A stretch of DNA of 64,000 nt, from NCBI GenBank assembly GCA_012026655.1, contig JAAILG010000310.1, positions 1-64,000 of the forward strand. Reading direction: 5' to 3'. This stretch comes from Hydrolagus affinis (Eukaryota). Shown piece by piece: positions 12,378-24,939 of the stretch. Within the stretch, counting starts at the first letter, position 1. Every line of letters begins with the position of its first letter. Under the pieces are notes generated by a model. That model was not told the origin of the DNA. It saw nothing but the letters and a program-made list of their open reading frames with translations, and made no database searches. A program made the position numbers and the translations under genes.

Positions 12378-13984
12378 GTATAGTTTTTTGTGATCAGAGT
12401 ATCAATGTCTGCTCAGGTGCTTCTTCCACTTTTTCTACCATTTTCCCTTTTTATATTTAACCTATCATTGCCCAATCAGTCGTGTGGCTACTTACTTTGG
12501 TCTTGCAAGACACAGGAAAATGACTTGCCAGCCTGCAACGTTGCCAGTCCTGCCGCACAAATTACTCAGCTCCCTTTGGAATCACATTTAGTTCTTGCAA
12601 ACCCTACAAGAGTCACTGTGAAGAGGCAAGTAGCGTCCTTGAGATGTAGCAGTTGAGTAATACTGCGTGATACAAGGGTGGTTCTTTGACCTAAAATATG
12701 TGTCAGTGCTCAGATGGCAATGATTGCAAAGTGAAAAAATGATTAAACTATTTATTTTGTAAGATGTTTTCTTTTCCTGTCTAAGTTTCCCTTGGCAATG
12801 AACCACTGAGTGAGTGGCAGCAGGATCTAATTCCATCTCTCTGTCAAAGGAGGGATTATAACCAACACATAGATTTATTATCTTTCCCTTCCTGCAGGTC
12901 TTGGTCTTTGTTTTTTCCATTGTGTACCTTTTTTACAGTGATATGCCTGAGATTAGACACTTGACCTTGTGGAGCTCTAATGCACTGTACTGCTTCACTA
13001 TATATATATTTAAAAATGAATCCTGCCAAATTTAAGTGTGATAATACATTGAACCAATCTTAAAAAGGTTCAGAAATAGTTCACAATATATCAAGAAATC
13101 AATGTCTGAACTAGCTAGGTGTGAGCATTAATGGTGTACATAGGATATATTACAAATAGTATTTTTTTGCAATCTCTTATTTTGGGTTGATAATTGGGAC
13201 ACTTTTACATTTCCTTCAGTTTCGCAGGTAGTCATCTCCAGTTAGGTGAACTAGGTCAAGTTAATGGAAATGGTACTGTGCACCAAAGCAAGTGAGCTCG
13301 GGGGGAGGTGGGGAGGGGGGTGGGGGGGTTGGGGTGGAATTACATTTATTATAGATGCTTCTATGTTACGCGTCAAAGAAATGCTCAGATTACTGATTGA
13401 AGGAGCTATATTAATAATAACATGAACTGGGCATGTCCCATTATGGAAACGTAAACCAGTTCTTCTCCATTGGTAGGAAATAACTGGCTTAAGTTCCCAC
13501 CTTTGTGCTGTGATAATTGACTATAATTGCTCTAGATTGTTACACTGTGAACAATTGTCATAACCCTTTTGCCAGCTATTCCATTTATGCTGTTAAAACC
13601 TTTTGGAGAATGCAAACATTGCATCCAAATTGTCGATCACAGTCTATGTAATATTCAGCACGCCCTCATGTTCATCTTAACTTACTGTAGCCAGGAGAGG
13701 CCATTATTGTGGATGGAATGCTAGAGGTGACACAAATCGATACTTGGGAGCTCGTTAGTGAAGAATTACAACGGTTTATACTATTCTGCCCGCTAAAGCT
13801 TCCTATTTCTGAATGATATTTTTGTTGGAATCGTTAAAGTGAATGATGAGAACAATCACTTTAACAGTATTTGTATTGTGCATACTTAGAGGTTTAGCTT
13901 GAGTCAGAAACAATCCTAGTTCTTTTTCCAATGTCCTATCTATCCATGAACTTGGAACTGGCTTTTCCACATCCCCTGTTCAAA

Positions 13985-14270
13985 GAAACATAAGAGAACA
14001 AGAACAGGAGGAGGCAATTCAATACTGAATACTGCCTGTTCCATTAATTGTTTAGACCTTGGAAGATCTTTTAATCCCAATGCTCTGACCCTTGCCACAC
14101 TCTTTAATACAATACACTAAAATACAAATTTACATTTATACATAGATAGCCTTTCATGTCAAGAGGATGTCCCGAGGTACTTATTGTTAAAAGTAATTGT
14201 TCTTATCCTGTATCTTAGGTAATGTTTTTTTTACAAGAATCTGTCTTTTAAATATTCCTATTGATTCTGC
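13985..14270 (-). mobile_element. Degenerate CR1 3' end interrupted by an L2 tail (14122-14182)
   Basis: GAAACATAAGAGAACAAGAACAGGAGGAGGCAATTCA is a CR1-type tail; the inserted ATAGCCTTTCATGTCAAGAGGATGTCCCGAGG is an L2 tail. Confidence 0.55.
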
Positions 14271-15089
14271 AATATTCTACAATATTAGACTTGATTATGA
14301 AATTCAGGCCATCGGTTAATGGCCACTAAAACAATTATACTTTCTCAACTTTAAGCTCCAACTTTTGGAAAGCAACATCTAAAATAGCAAGAAAATCTAG
14401 AAAATGTTGTATAACAGCCACACTTTTTGCTATTACTTTAGAAACAAGATGAAGCAAAGAATATTTTGTGTCATATATAGACTTCTGCAGGTTCAATTTG
14501 TTTTATAAATGTTGTATTTATGTATCAGACACTGGGATGAAATTTGGTTGAAACATATACTTTAATCTACTTGTTTAACTATCTGTCTTCAGTTGAGGAC
14601 AATTGTCATTTGCAAAGTGAATGGCAGATTGCAAGGCCTGTTTGGAATATCAACATTATTCTTTGGTACTCTGTCATTAGAATGAATGGTAAGCATACAT
14701 GGGGTACCAACAATTAGGTTAGTATAAGCAGGAGACGTGAAGATAATATTGTAATTTAAACCTGAAACAAAAGACTAAAGAGATTTGCATAATGCAAACA
14801 TCAATGTGGTAATTATGTTTTAAAGATGATGTTTCATGTAATTTTATTTTTATAGCCAGTCACCCTAACGTAAATGTAACTGGATAAGATTTTACCTAAA
14901 TTTAGTAAAAAAAAACTTTAAAAAAAATAGGATGTACAATTTATACCATTGGACAAATGGGTGGTGGTGGGTGGGGAGAGGAGAGAGATCAACGTACTAA
15001 CCACCTGCATACGACATTATCTTGCGTTTGTAATGTACAGAAATTATGTGCATGAAATTGGCAAAGGTGGTGTTAAAAAAGATGAGAAG

Positions 15090-16080
15090 TGACAGTTTAC
15101 ACATCTAGCCACAATTAACACATTGATGGCATTTTGCCTGGCTCCTTGCAGCGATAATGCTGTTGTCAAATGTGTTTAGTGCACCAAATCTCCTGGAGCC
15201 TTCAGCTAGGCAGCAAGCTTCTGACAGATTGAAGGTTCAGAGATAGGCTATCATGACAGATGGAAGCTGGCATCGATGTTCAGCTTTTGCCTATCACAAG
15301 GGACCTGCTCCCCTTTATTCTTCAGGGCTTATCTCGGCAACCTTACCCACTTTTGATGAAAGCAGGGGACAGCATTGTTAAATAGTGCATCTGTGTGAGT
15401 TAGGCACCTTTGATGAAAGCATAAGGCAGCAAAGCAAGTCTGTGAATTGAATAAGGCATATTTTTCCTATCACTGTATTTCGTTGGTGTTATCATCTTGC
15501 CTATTGCCTAGATGCTGTTGTATTCTCCAATTTTTTTTTACCCCCTCTTGGCCTTTTTTTTAGGAGCATACTGCAGCCCATTTGAGGTATGATAATCAGT
15601 TGATTAGCCACTGAAGTCGTTTTCCCTGGGGCTTTTTGTGTGTGCAAAATCCTCACACTCAATTGACATGTGGACATCATAAAGCTGATGAAATGCAACT
15701 GTAATGAACGAGAAGGGAGAGGCATCTGCAGCAGCTGAAATGAAGGGGGCCCTTCCCACTCCACATGCTAATTCACAAATCTGCTCTCAACTTGTACTCT
15801 CCCGGGGACTGGGGAAGGATATGAATCTCCACAAATGCATATTCAAACGCTGTGCTGGCCTGCTAGCTGTGAAATTCTTGTGTGGATGGGTGATGCTAAT
15901 TTCCAGACAGATTATATTGCATCAAATGCAGTAATGATCTGACAGTTCATTTGCGCGCAGCCTTATGATCAAAGTTTAATGCATGGATAGACGCAGGTGT
16001 GCAGCAAGCACCAATGTGCTCGCTCAGATAGAACCAGGGTCCACTGTCAAATTATCAGTGTTAAAAAGGCTGATGCATGA
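15090..16080. promoter_or_regulatory. Candidate conserved non-coding element / enhancer block
   Basis: Repeat-free and more GC-balanced than the flanks, with several TGACAG/CTGTCA (TALE/Meis), CTTTGAT/ATCAAAG (TCF/LEF) and TAAT motifs; no ORF of note. Conservation not verifiable here. Confidence 0.5.
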
Positions 16081-18185
16081 GGATATTTGAAAGACATTTA
16101 AAAAATTAATGTATTCATATTCAAAACATATTGTAACAGCAGTTCATTAGACACAGGGACTACTCCATTCCCGTAAAACTGGCACACGACCTTTAACATT
16201 CAGAAACAGTCATTCAATGAACACCCTTTATGCAGCGTACTCATTCAAAAATGATAAACGCAATTACTGATAGTAAATGGAACCCAGCCTATTTCATTGG
16301 CGAATTTTCATAACTGTTGGCATCTTAAGGCAGTAATTGTTGCACCGAATATTTTTTTTGAAAAAAAAGGAAAAAATAATTCGATAGCTGGTCGTGGAGA
16401 AAAAGGTTAACGGGTAAACCCTTGGCAGATTCACTCGATGAATTTCATACATTTCAAAAGGCACAACAGCATTGAAAAGACGAATGGCACATCTCTTGGT
16501 TTAAAGTAGGTAGATTTATGTTATCATGTCTGCTCTAAAAAAAATAGCTACAGACAATAGTGCTGCAGTTAATCCTTTCAAGCTCTAAATTAGCCTCCTG
16601 TGCAAGAAATAAAATCTGATTATGGTATGTTAAGTTTCTTTAGCAAATATTACAAATTTTAAAAGATATTCTGTGACTGTTTCCACTGTGTTTATCTACT
16701 TGTGAATGAAAATACTCGGCATTGCAGAAGAATTTAGAGAAAGATAAAGGTTTATCTGCAATTAAGGTTTTTGGCACATTTTGAGATCTGAGGAAATGGT
16801 TAGCTGGATAATTTAAGAGAAAATACAGAACAATTGAATACAAAACAATTACATCCAAGGCTTTTTGAATTGTTTCGTTCCTAATAATTTTGACTAAAAT
16901 AAGTGCAATTCTGTAATTTTTATAGAGTCCAGGATTCATGGAGAATCACTTTATTATATTTTTAATTTCAGGCTCCAATACAATTATAGTGCTCAAAGGG
17001 TTAAGCGACTTGCTTCACACCTTCATGATCAAAGGTTGGAGTCCTGTGTAAGTGACACTGCAACCTGCTGACAAAGATATGTGATGAGTATTGGAAGCAC
17101 CGTGGGGAACAACAGTGTTTATATCACGTATATGACCCGTCCAATATACCAGGACTTAGAGTTACTTGAAGCCTGACAATGACAAGATTTCATAGCAACA
17201 ATCCAACTCAGACCTCATTGCCTGGCATCACTGGGTACTGATTCACCTCAGCACAAGTCAGGAGGAGTGATTTTTAAAGAAAAAGAAACAATTCTGACAA
17301 ATATCACAAGATATTTACATATTGTTGCTCTTTGTAAGAATATCTTACAATACTAACAAATGTCATACATCTTTGTAGATTTCTACTGGCAAAGACAATT
17401 TTTTTTAACATAACCTAATTCAGTTTAAAGTATAAAGTAATGTCAGCTCTCAGTGGGGTCACTTGTTGAATGTTTTTATGATCACCTTCACATGTCGGAA
17501 CCTACAAATACTGTACACAGCAGCAATTGATGGATTAGAAACCTGGAGAAGGGATGGGAAAGAAGAAAACAGTTTTAAAACTGAGGAAACATTAAGAATT
17601 ACAACACGATAACACTGTGTATGAATAAAGGACCCACATCTCACTCTACATTGAATTCATGCAATTTCAGATTAACTTCATTCTTTTTTTATTCAATTTC
17701 TCCCAGTTATTAGAGTGACTAATACTTATCACATTTAATTAAGAGACAATAACAACTAATTTCCTTGCTGAGAGAGGAGTGAACCATCCATGTTCATATT
17801 ATCAAGTAAGCTTTACCATATGGTGTCATCACCAAATGACATCTATACATTATCGAGTTTCTACAAATTGGCGATGTCTACATTACTTGAACAATACTTT
17901 GTACCAAGTGCCCAAAGCCTCATGGTTTCCTTTCCTTTCCTTTCTGTTTTGGAGTGAATGTCAAGAATAAAAAATATACAGAAACAGTATATGCGAGTTG
18001 GCACACATACGTAGGTTTACATATTGTACATGTTCCACCAGACTGTAAAAACCTTTTCACTTTGCATCGCCCCAAAACCTTTCAGGCAGGTGGAAACCTG
18101 TGGTGGCAGTATTTAATGAAGCATAAGTCAGGAATGAGAAATTCAGTTCAGCAATCAAAGTCCATCCCCATAGTATTGTATAAGT

Positions 18186-18595
18186 GGAGCTCCTGTAGCT
18201 CAGTGGTTAGTGCACTTGCCTTACAAGTGTGAGACCTGTGTTCGAATTCAGGCAGATCAGGGCGAAGTTTCCTTACTTCACACGCCTAATAATAATCCGT
18301 TCAAAAAAAAACACAATAATAAAAATTTGTCATTTCAATCCACGACTGTTTGCAGGACACTGCTGTTCGCATTTGGCTGCCGCGTTTCGACCACAAATGT
18401 ACAGTCACTTTACAGTATATTCTGTGAAGCGCTTTGAGAAGTTGATAAGACGTGAAAAGTGCTATATTAAACGCAAAGGTTTCTCCCACAAAAATAAAGT
18501 CAATTCACTGTATAGCATACTCTGTGAAATGCTTGGAGACATCTTGCAAATTTGATAAGACGCTGTGTCAAAATACAAGGAGTATTACTATTATT
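18186..18595 (+). mobile_element. Full-length tRNA-SINE followed by a second, more degenerate SINE 3' portion
   Basis: Head GGAGCTCCTGTAGCTCAGTGGTTAG..GTTCGAATTC; first tail ends ~18479; second AGTCAATTCACT..TGTGAAATGCTTGGAGAC..CAAGGAGTATTA at 18480-18595. Confidence 0.9.
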
Positions 18596-19308
18596 CTAAG
18601 TCTTTAGTTCTGCAAGAAATAGAATGTAAATCATTATAGAATCGTATTTATAAATTCATCTCAAACATACTTGCAGTATTCCTTTCATTGTGTGTTCCGA
18701 TCTCTCATTAAACTTTGCTTCTAACCTGATCACCTACTGCTCACTTGCATGTAATCTCATCCTTTTCGCCATTAGCAAGCACAGTGACAGACCATTCAAA
18801 TAAACGCAGCCCCTGTCAACCAATCTGCACAAGTAGGTGCGGTCTAGTGATTCTCCTATGTCTGTGACTGCAGGTCACACTCTTAAATGTCTAAACAGCC
18901 TTCCATATGATTGTGAGTTGTTTGATAGGATTGAAGATAGGTACAGATTTAATACTACAGCAATGTACTGAGAAATGTCAAATCTTATTGCAGTTTTTAA
19001 CAACACGCAGAAGACATAATCTGTAGAGATCTGAGTGATGAAGCCATTATATAATGCCTTTCAACACTAAATTCAAATCCATTTGGGGATACTTAATAAC
19101 AATATAAGCAGGAATCATAAATGAAAGCAAACCACTTTGTTTATGACAGAGGTGCAAAGAACCGACAATAAAGAGCCTACTGAGCGCCTGCCCACCATAA
19201 TAGTCCAGAATTCGTAGTTACAAGACTGACAATATTGCTGCATTAATGCACGACATTCCACATATAGGAGCTGATTTGATTGAACAAATGTCAAAACAAA
19301 AGAGCTAT

Positions 19309-19712
19309 TACAACAACAATAACAACAACAAAATTACACTTGAATAGTGCCTTTCACGTCAGGAGGAAGTCCCAAGGTGCTGGACAGTCATTGTTTCAGA
19401 CCCGAGCTGGGGACGGGGAGGGTGGAGGGAAACGGTGGGATTTGGGGTGACCGATGAGGCCACCTACTGCTGAGCGGAGGGGGCGGGCAGGTTGCTAGGG
19501 GGTTGAGAGCTCGCAGATGTAGGGTGGGGCGAGGCCATGGCGGGCTTTGAATGTATGAACCTGGATCTTGAATTGAATGCTCTGGGTGATGGGGAGCCAA
19601 TGGAGTTGGGGGAGATGGGCTCACGAAGCTTGGAGCGGTAGAGGACGTGGGCCGCAGAGTTCTGGATTATCTGCAACCTATGAAGGGAGGAATTAGGAAG
19701 GTCCACAAGCAA
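19309..19712 (-). mobile_element. L2 LINE 3' fragment with ORF2 C-terminus
   Basis: Translates LPNSSLHRLQIIQNSAAHVLYRSKLREPISP (L2 LQ.IQN.AAR motif), followed by 3' UTR, hairpin and (GTT)n tail. Confidence 0.9.
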
Positions 19713-19879
19713 TTAGCAATGAAACATAATTATGAAACAAAATACATCTACAAACAAGTTATTAAATCTTGTTAATATTTCCTATCAGATTTTTTTAAAT
19801 TTACAGTACTTTGCGACAACCATGAAGATTAGTCATGGGGGTGGGGGGTGAGGAGGATAAATGGTCAAGGACACTGTTT

Positions 19880-20150
19880 TCGGGGTGACAGCAGAATGTA
19901 CAAAGCAGCTATAGGCAATCATGTATTTTAGTTGGGTAATGAGTGCTTCAATGGTTGACTTCATTAACTTGTTTTTATTTGCTGCGTTTCGCTGAGGAAG
20001 CTTTACAGCCCATTAACTGAGTCTGGTGCCATTAAGGTTTAACATTAATGAACTGTAATTAGCATATGATGTGTAATAATCACACTATGTTCAGCAGATG
20101 TAATAAGCTGCTCGCATTACATTTTAAAAAAAATAATTTGATCCCATAAT
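19880..20150. promoter_or_regulatory. Candidate conserved non-coding element
   Basis: Dense homeobox/POU-like motifs (CATTAA four times, TAATTAGCATATG, TAATAATC) in repeat-free sequence. Confidence 0.35.
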
Positions 20151-22084
20151 CTGAGACTCTGTTGTGGTGTTTCAATTTTAATGACATAAATTCAGAGTAT
20201 TTAAATCTGGGATCTTTTTAATAAAATTGCTTACCCACAATAAACAGTAATCTAGAGGTGCATCTCAAGGATAGTCTACATCTCAATTTTGTTTGATTTA
20301 CTTTGTCTCCGCCAGCCATCGTTAAACAAAAAAAGTCAATGTCTTCTGCAAAGTGGAAATTTATTTTATTTTTACTGCAAATAGATGTTTTTTTTAATGC
20401 TTGTAACACTGATTTTTCATTCTAACATTTGCTCATTTTCCATAACAATCTATAAGTACAAATAGTTTGCAAATATCGATTCAAAAATAATTTTTAAATG
20501 TTGGTACCTCTTAGTATGAATAGCCATTTTTTTTTCTTTGAAACACAGATTTCCAGTATATTAGAATTCAGTATCCGAAGATCACGGTTGGGAACTGAAG
20601 AATTACGGAAACCATGTCCGATTGCTCCAATTTAATGATGTACATGTATGCATATGGATCATTTATCTGAACTGACTGCATAACTGAATAAAGCATCTTC
20701 TGAGCAATTCAGACAGGCAACTTCCTAATGTAGCTCCCAAGTGAACAACAAAACTTGGAACCTTCTTTTCTTTTTTAATTTGGCTGTAAAAATGCTACCG
20801 TCCTTCTCAAGGGATTGATGCAATACATACACATTTCTGAAGTACAGTACTGAACTTAGAAATTTTTCATTCTTATTCACCTTTAAGTTTTCTCGTGTAT
20901 TGTCTTACTTTAATCACCAAATGAATTTAAGTTACATTCTTGTGTAAAGGTACCCGTTTTGACACCTAGTACTGTAAAGTACCCTCTTCCACCTGGATGG
21001 TCATTCCTACAGAAATTTTTGTTATTATGGAAAAATACATTGACTTCAACTTAAAATCAGATTATAACATGTGTAAAATGAACAGGAAATAAAATATTAC
21101 GGTTGATTTACCAATATGTCCACCTGTACACAATTCTATAGCATTTAACGCAATATTTTTTTTACTAAATACAGTAAAATTACACATACAATATCATTGC
21201 AATAAAATCTAATGTTACATTTTTGTAAAGGTCTGTGGTCAATGTTAGGAGTGTTTACAGTGAACACATAGAAAAATTGACTTGCTAATGGTAACTTTTA
21301 TTCAGTATCCATGGGTTACCGTGTCATGTGATATGACACAAAGTACAGACACTGCTGATTAGTAGCATCCAGTTCTGTCCATCTCTGTGCATCAGTGAAC
21401 CATCTGGTCATTTATTCACTAATAAGCCCCTAATGGCCTAAATATTCACCGGCCTGTCACCGTGACATGGCATAAAATGCCTACATCTTTCAACTTGCCT
21501 TGACATGTTGCTTGTTTCACATCAGAACTCGTCATTTACAGGAAAAGAGCTCAGAGGGTAAAAAGTTGACCTAATCGGCAGTGTTAACACGCAGACAGTG
21601 CCTTTGTTATCCGTTTGCCTGCTTGCAATAATGTAAATTGGTCCACTTTGATTGGCTTCACTTGGTAATGTTTCCAAATGATTTCTGACCTCTAATAATT
21701 CGAAAAATACTCCAGTTTACTTCCCCCCTACTCCACACCTTTTTTTAAACCATTAATTACTTATTTATTTGTGAGTGATATAGCTTATAAAATGAGCCAC
21801 TGTTGCGTTATACAATATGTAATTTCTTTAAAGTTAATGGACACTATAACCGAACAAAAGTACTATACCATACACGGATACAACTAAATCAAATTTCCAA
21901 CAAAATATTGCAGTCCAGAAGACTGGCTTCACGTCAGTGTGATGCCGGCAGAATGCATTGCATTTCCCTAGTTGAAAATTGTTACCCATTATATCTTACG
22001 TTTTCCAGTTACATATTTCACTTGCTTTTTCTTACTGGTATCCACATCTTCTTCAACCCATGAAAATCAGCGTTCAGGAATTTC

Positions 22085-22200
22085 TAATAATCCTTGCATT
22101 TGATAGTCCTTGCATTTGATATAGTGCCTTATCAGGCCTTCGAGACATCTCAAAGCGATTCACAGAATTTACTATTGAGTGCATATTTTGTGGGCAAAAC
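22085..22200 (-). mobile_element. tRNA-SINE 3' fragment
   Basis: TAATAATCCTTGCATTTGATA (duplicated)...GAGACATCTCAAAGCGATTCACAGAAT. Confidence 0.85.
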
Positions 22201-24445
22201 TTATACCAAGTCTAATTGAATATCTGAAGGGCGCACATTTGCAATCACGTATTAAGCCTGTGCCTCAAGTAAATGTTCATACTTTACCTACCTCCCCAAA
22301 TTACTTATAACGAATCGACTCCAATGATCTTTTGCATTTCTCGATGAATTAAATCCTAGGTTTCAATTCTATACTCCCATGTATAGCACCACCTATAGGT
22401 TTGTATGCTGTAACCTTATAAACCTGAGGGTTAGATTTAAACTTTAGTAGCATCTAGGTTGCCATTATACTCCATTTCTTTCCCTCATAAGCAGAAGAAA
22501 GATTAAAACCAAGCAACCATGTTATCTCGCCTCTGTTTAAATGCATCTGCATTGCACAGTAAATGACACATCAGCTCTTTTCCCAACACAGATTCCTATA
22601 TTACTCGCTTCTTGTTTGCATTTCAATATCAGTGTGCGCTTTGTTATTTGCTCTGCCTTTCTGCTGGGTTAATGTTGTGTGGCCTGAGGAACGCACTTTC
22701 TGTCCTATTCAATATGACTGAAATCATCCTACATTAGTAAACAAAAGGTTCACATTTTTAATGTCAGTGCCTCACAATGCCTGTCCTGCAGATCGAGGTG
22801 CATTATCCATGCTGCATACATTGCTGTCCTGTGCTTCCACATACACTGGTTCAGACGTGTACTACATATGAAATTTAGAAAGGGGTTGTGAATGCCAGGA
22901 CCATTACTAAATTTACATCACGTTGTCACATTGCAGCGAAAAGGCCCACTATATTTTCAGTTCAGCCTGTTTGCTTGTGGTCCCAACCACTAAACATACA
23001 ATTGCTGATTGGCAACAGGAAATCACGGTAATGCAGTAGGCCACTCTATAAATCAAAATCAACAGACAAGAAAATAATTGGAAATTTAAATGGTTATCAA
23101 CAAATTATTGCCCGAGCTGCAGTATCCCTTTTTCTAATGGGGCTGTCAATTTCTGCTTAGTTTCATGAATTCAGATTCACCGACCAGCAATCTCTGTTAA
23201 TCCAGGCTCCTCTAAACGTGCAGCCAGCAGAATGCAGATTACTGCAAATAAAATGTCAACAGTTTTTAATAGAAAATGATCAGGAAGAAACACTTACATA
23301 AATCAACGCGTGACAATCTCATTTTATTGCACTCCCAAACCCAGATCTCAATGCAGCCCTTGTTTTTTTTAAAAATGACAACAAAACTACATAACATAAC
23401 CCCTATTAACTACATAAACAATTTAGTTTGAGCTTTCTTATCAAAGTTATAATATATTATGTATTAAAAGCTACAGTTCCGATACAGAAATGAAATATCC
23501 TTTGATTTTATTGCGACTAAATTACAACTTATTACTGGATATGTTGCCAATTGTAAGATTATTCTTTAATATTTATTGTGAATTAGCTTTTATATTTGGT
23601 TACGAACAGTATTACAGTAAATTATAGGAGTAGATAAAGCAGAAATGAGCACATATTCCAAGAGGCACAATGGTTGTGTTGCTGTGATGAGGGAAGCAGG
23701 GATGTAACCAGCAGAGGAAAGCAGGCAAGAGTTGAACAGTGGAGATGTGGGATTGAAGTTTGGATGATTACCTTGGGGGATAAGGGACTAGCTATGCAAA
23801 AGGTTCATTCAGGAGCACAGTGAATGGGTACAACAAGGTATATTCTGCGTGGTATAAATTGGTCTTAATGTTAATGGGTCAAATCACTCATTCCTGCATC
23901 ATGCTTTCTTATAGTATGTGGGCACTTGAGTTCATAGTCTACCCCTGACATTTGGGTGGAATACCGTGGATTAGCGAAATGCGAGAGGTGCTTTAATCAT
24001 CAGTCATTAGTCCTACACATTAGTGATTAAGATCCCACTTTCACCTTCCCATTTTCAGACATGACTAATAACAGTGGGAAAGTAAACGGCATCAATTAAG
24101 CTGGAGTCACTGATGAGGATGTCCTTTCCATTGTTTCGTTTTGCTAGAGGATTATTATAACAGGTAGTTACTGAAAAACCAATGCATTATCCAGCTTCAT
24201 TTGGCAGTGTAGAATGACTTGAAATAAGAATGAAAAATGTCTCTCCTGTTATCTTCTTGTTTTATTTTTAAAACAACTACAATTCTTTACGAGTGTGGGT
24301 GCAGTAGGCAGGAATAAATGTTGCACAAATGCACAAGAACATTTCTAGCTACTTGGACTCAACGGAGGAACAGTGCCTGTGAATGTTCAGACTGAATCGT
24401 GAGATTGCAGCACACAAGAACGTCAAGATGACGTTACTTTATTTC

Positions 24446-24497
24446 TTGGGACATCCTTGGGACATCCTCTCGATGTGAAAGGCACTGTACACATGTA
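24446..24497 (+). mobile_element. L2 3' tail remnant
   Basis: CTTGGGACATCCTTGGGACATCCTCTCGATGTGAAAGGCACT. Confidence 0.7.
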
Positions 24498-24653
24498 TTC
24501 GTGTGCTTCTTTCAAAGGAGTGAAACACTGATATACTCCATGGTTCTACATGGTTGGGTATCAGCTACGGCATGTATGTGTAAGCAAATTAAATTTACTA
24601 GCTCAGCTCAATAAACATAACATGTTTTATACTCTAAACGCCCAACCACATGA

Positions 24654-24939
24654 AATAATATAATAATAATCCTTGCATTTGATATAGCACTATTCACGTC
24701 TTCTAGACGTCTCAAAGCGCTTCAAGTGAATTGACTGTACATTTGTGGGTGAAATGCGACAGCCAATTGCGCACAGCAGTGTCCCAGAAACAGTCGTGGG
24801 TTGAAGTGACCAATTTTACTATTGTTTTTTTTTTTGGAGGGATTTTTATCAGGCATGTGGAGTTTTTGACTTGACCTGCCTGGATTCGAACACATGTCTC
24901 ACACTTGTAAGGCGAGTGCTTTAACCACTGAGCCACAGA
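24654..24939 (-). mobile_element. Near full-length tRNA-SINE
   Basis: (AAT)n CCTTGCATTTGATATAGC...GGATTCGAACAC...AACCACTGAGCCACAG. Confidence 0.9.

Noticed and set aside
13300-13337. G-rich tracts with G-quadruplex potential (also ~5390, 14960, 19840, 59125)
   Set aside because: Low-complexity tracts with no supporting functional context
18229-18555. Recurring similar short ORFs (e.g. HFTVYSVK, YIKCKDYYY) suggesting a gene family
   Set aside because: They are translations of the same SINE sequence
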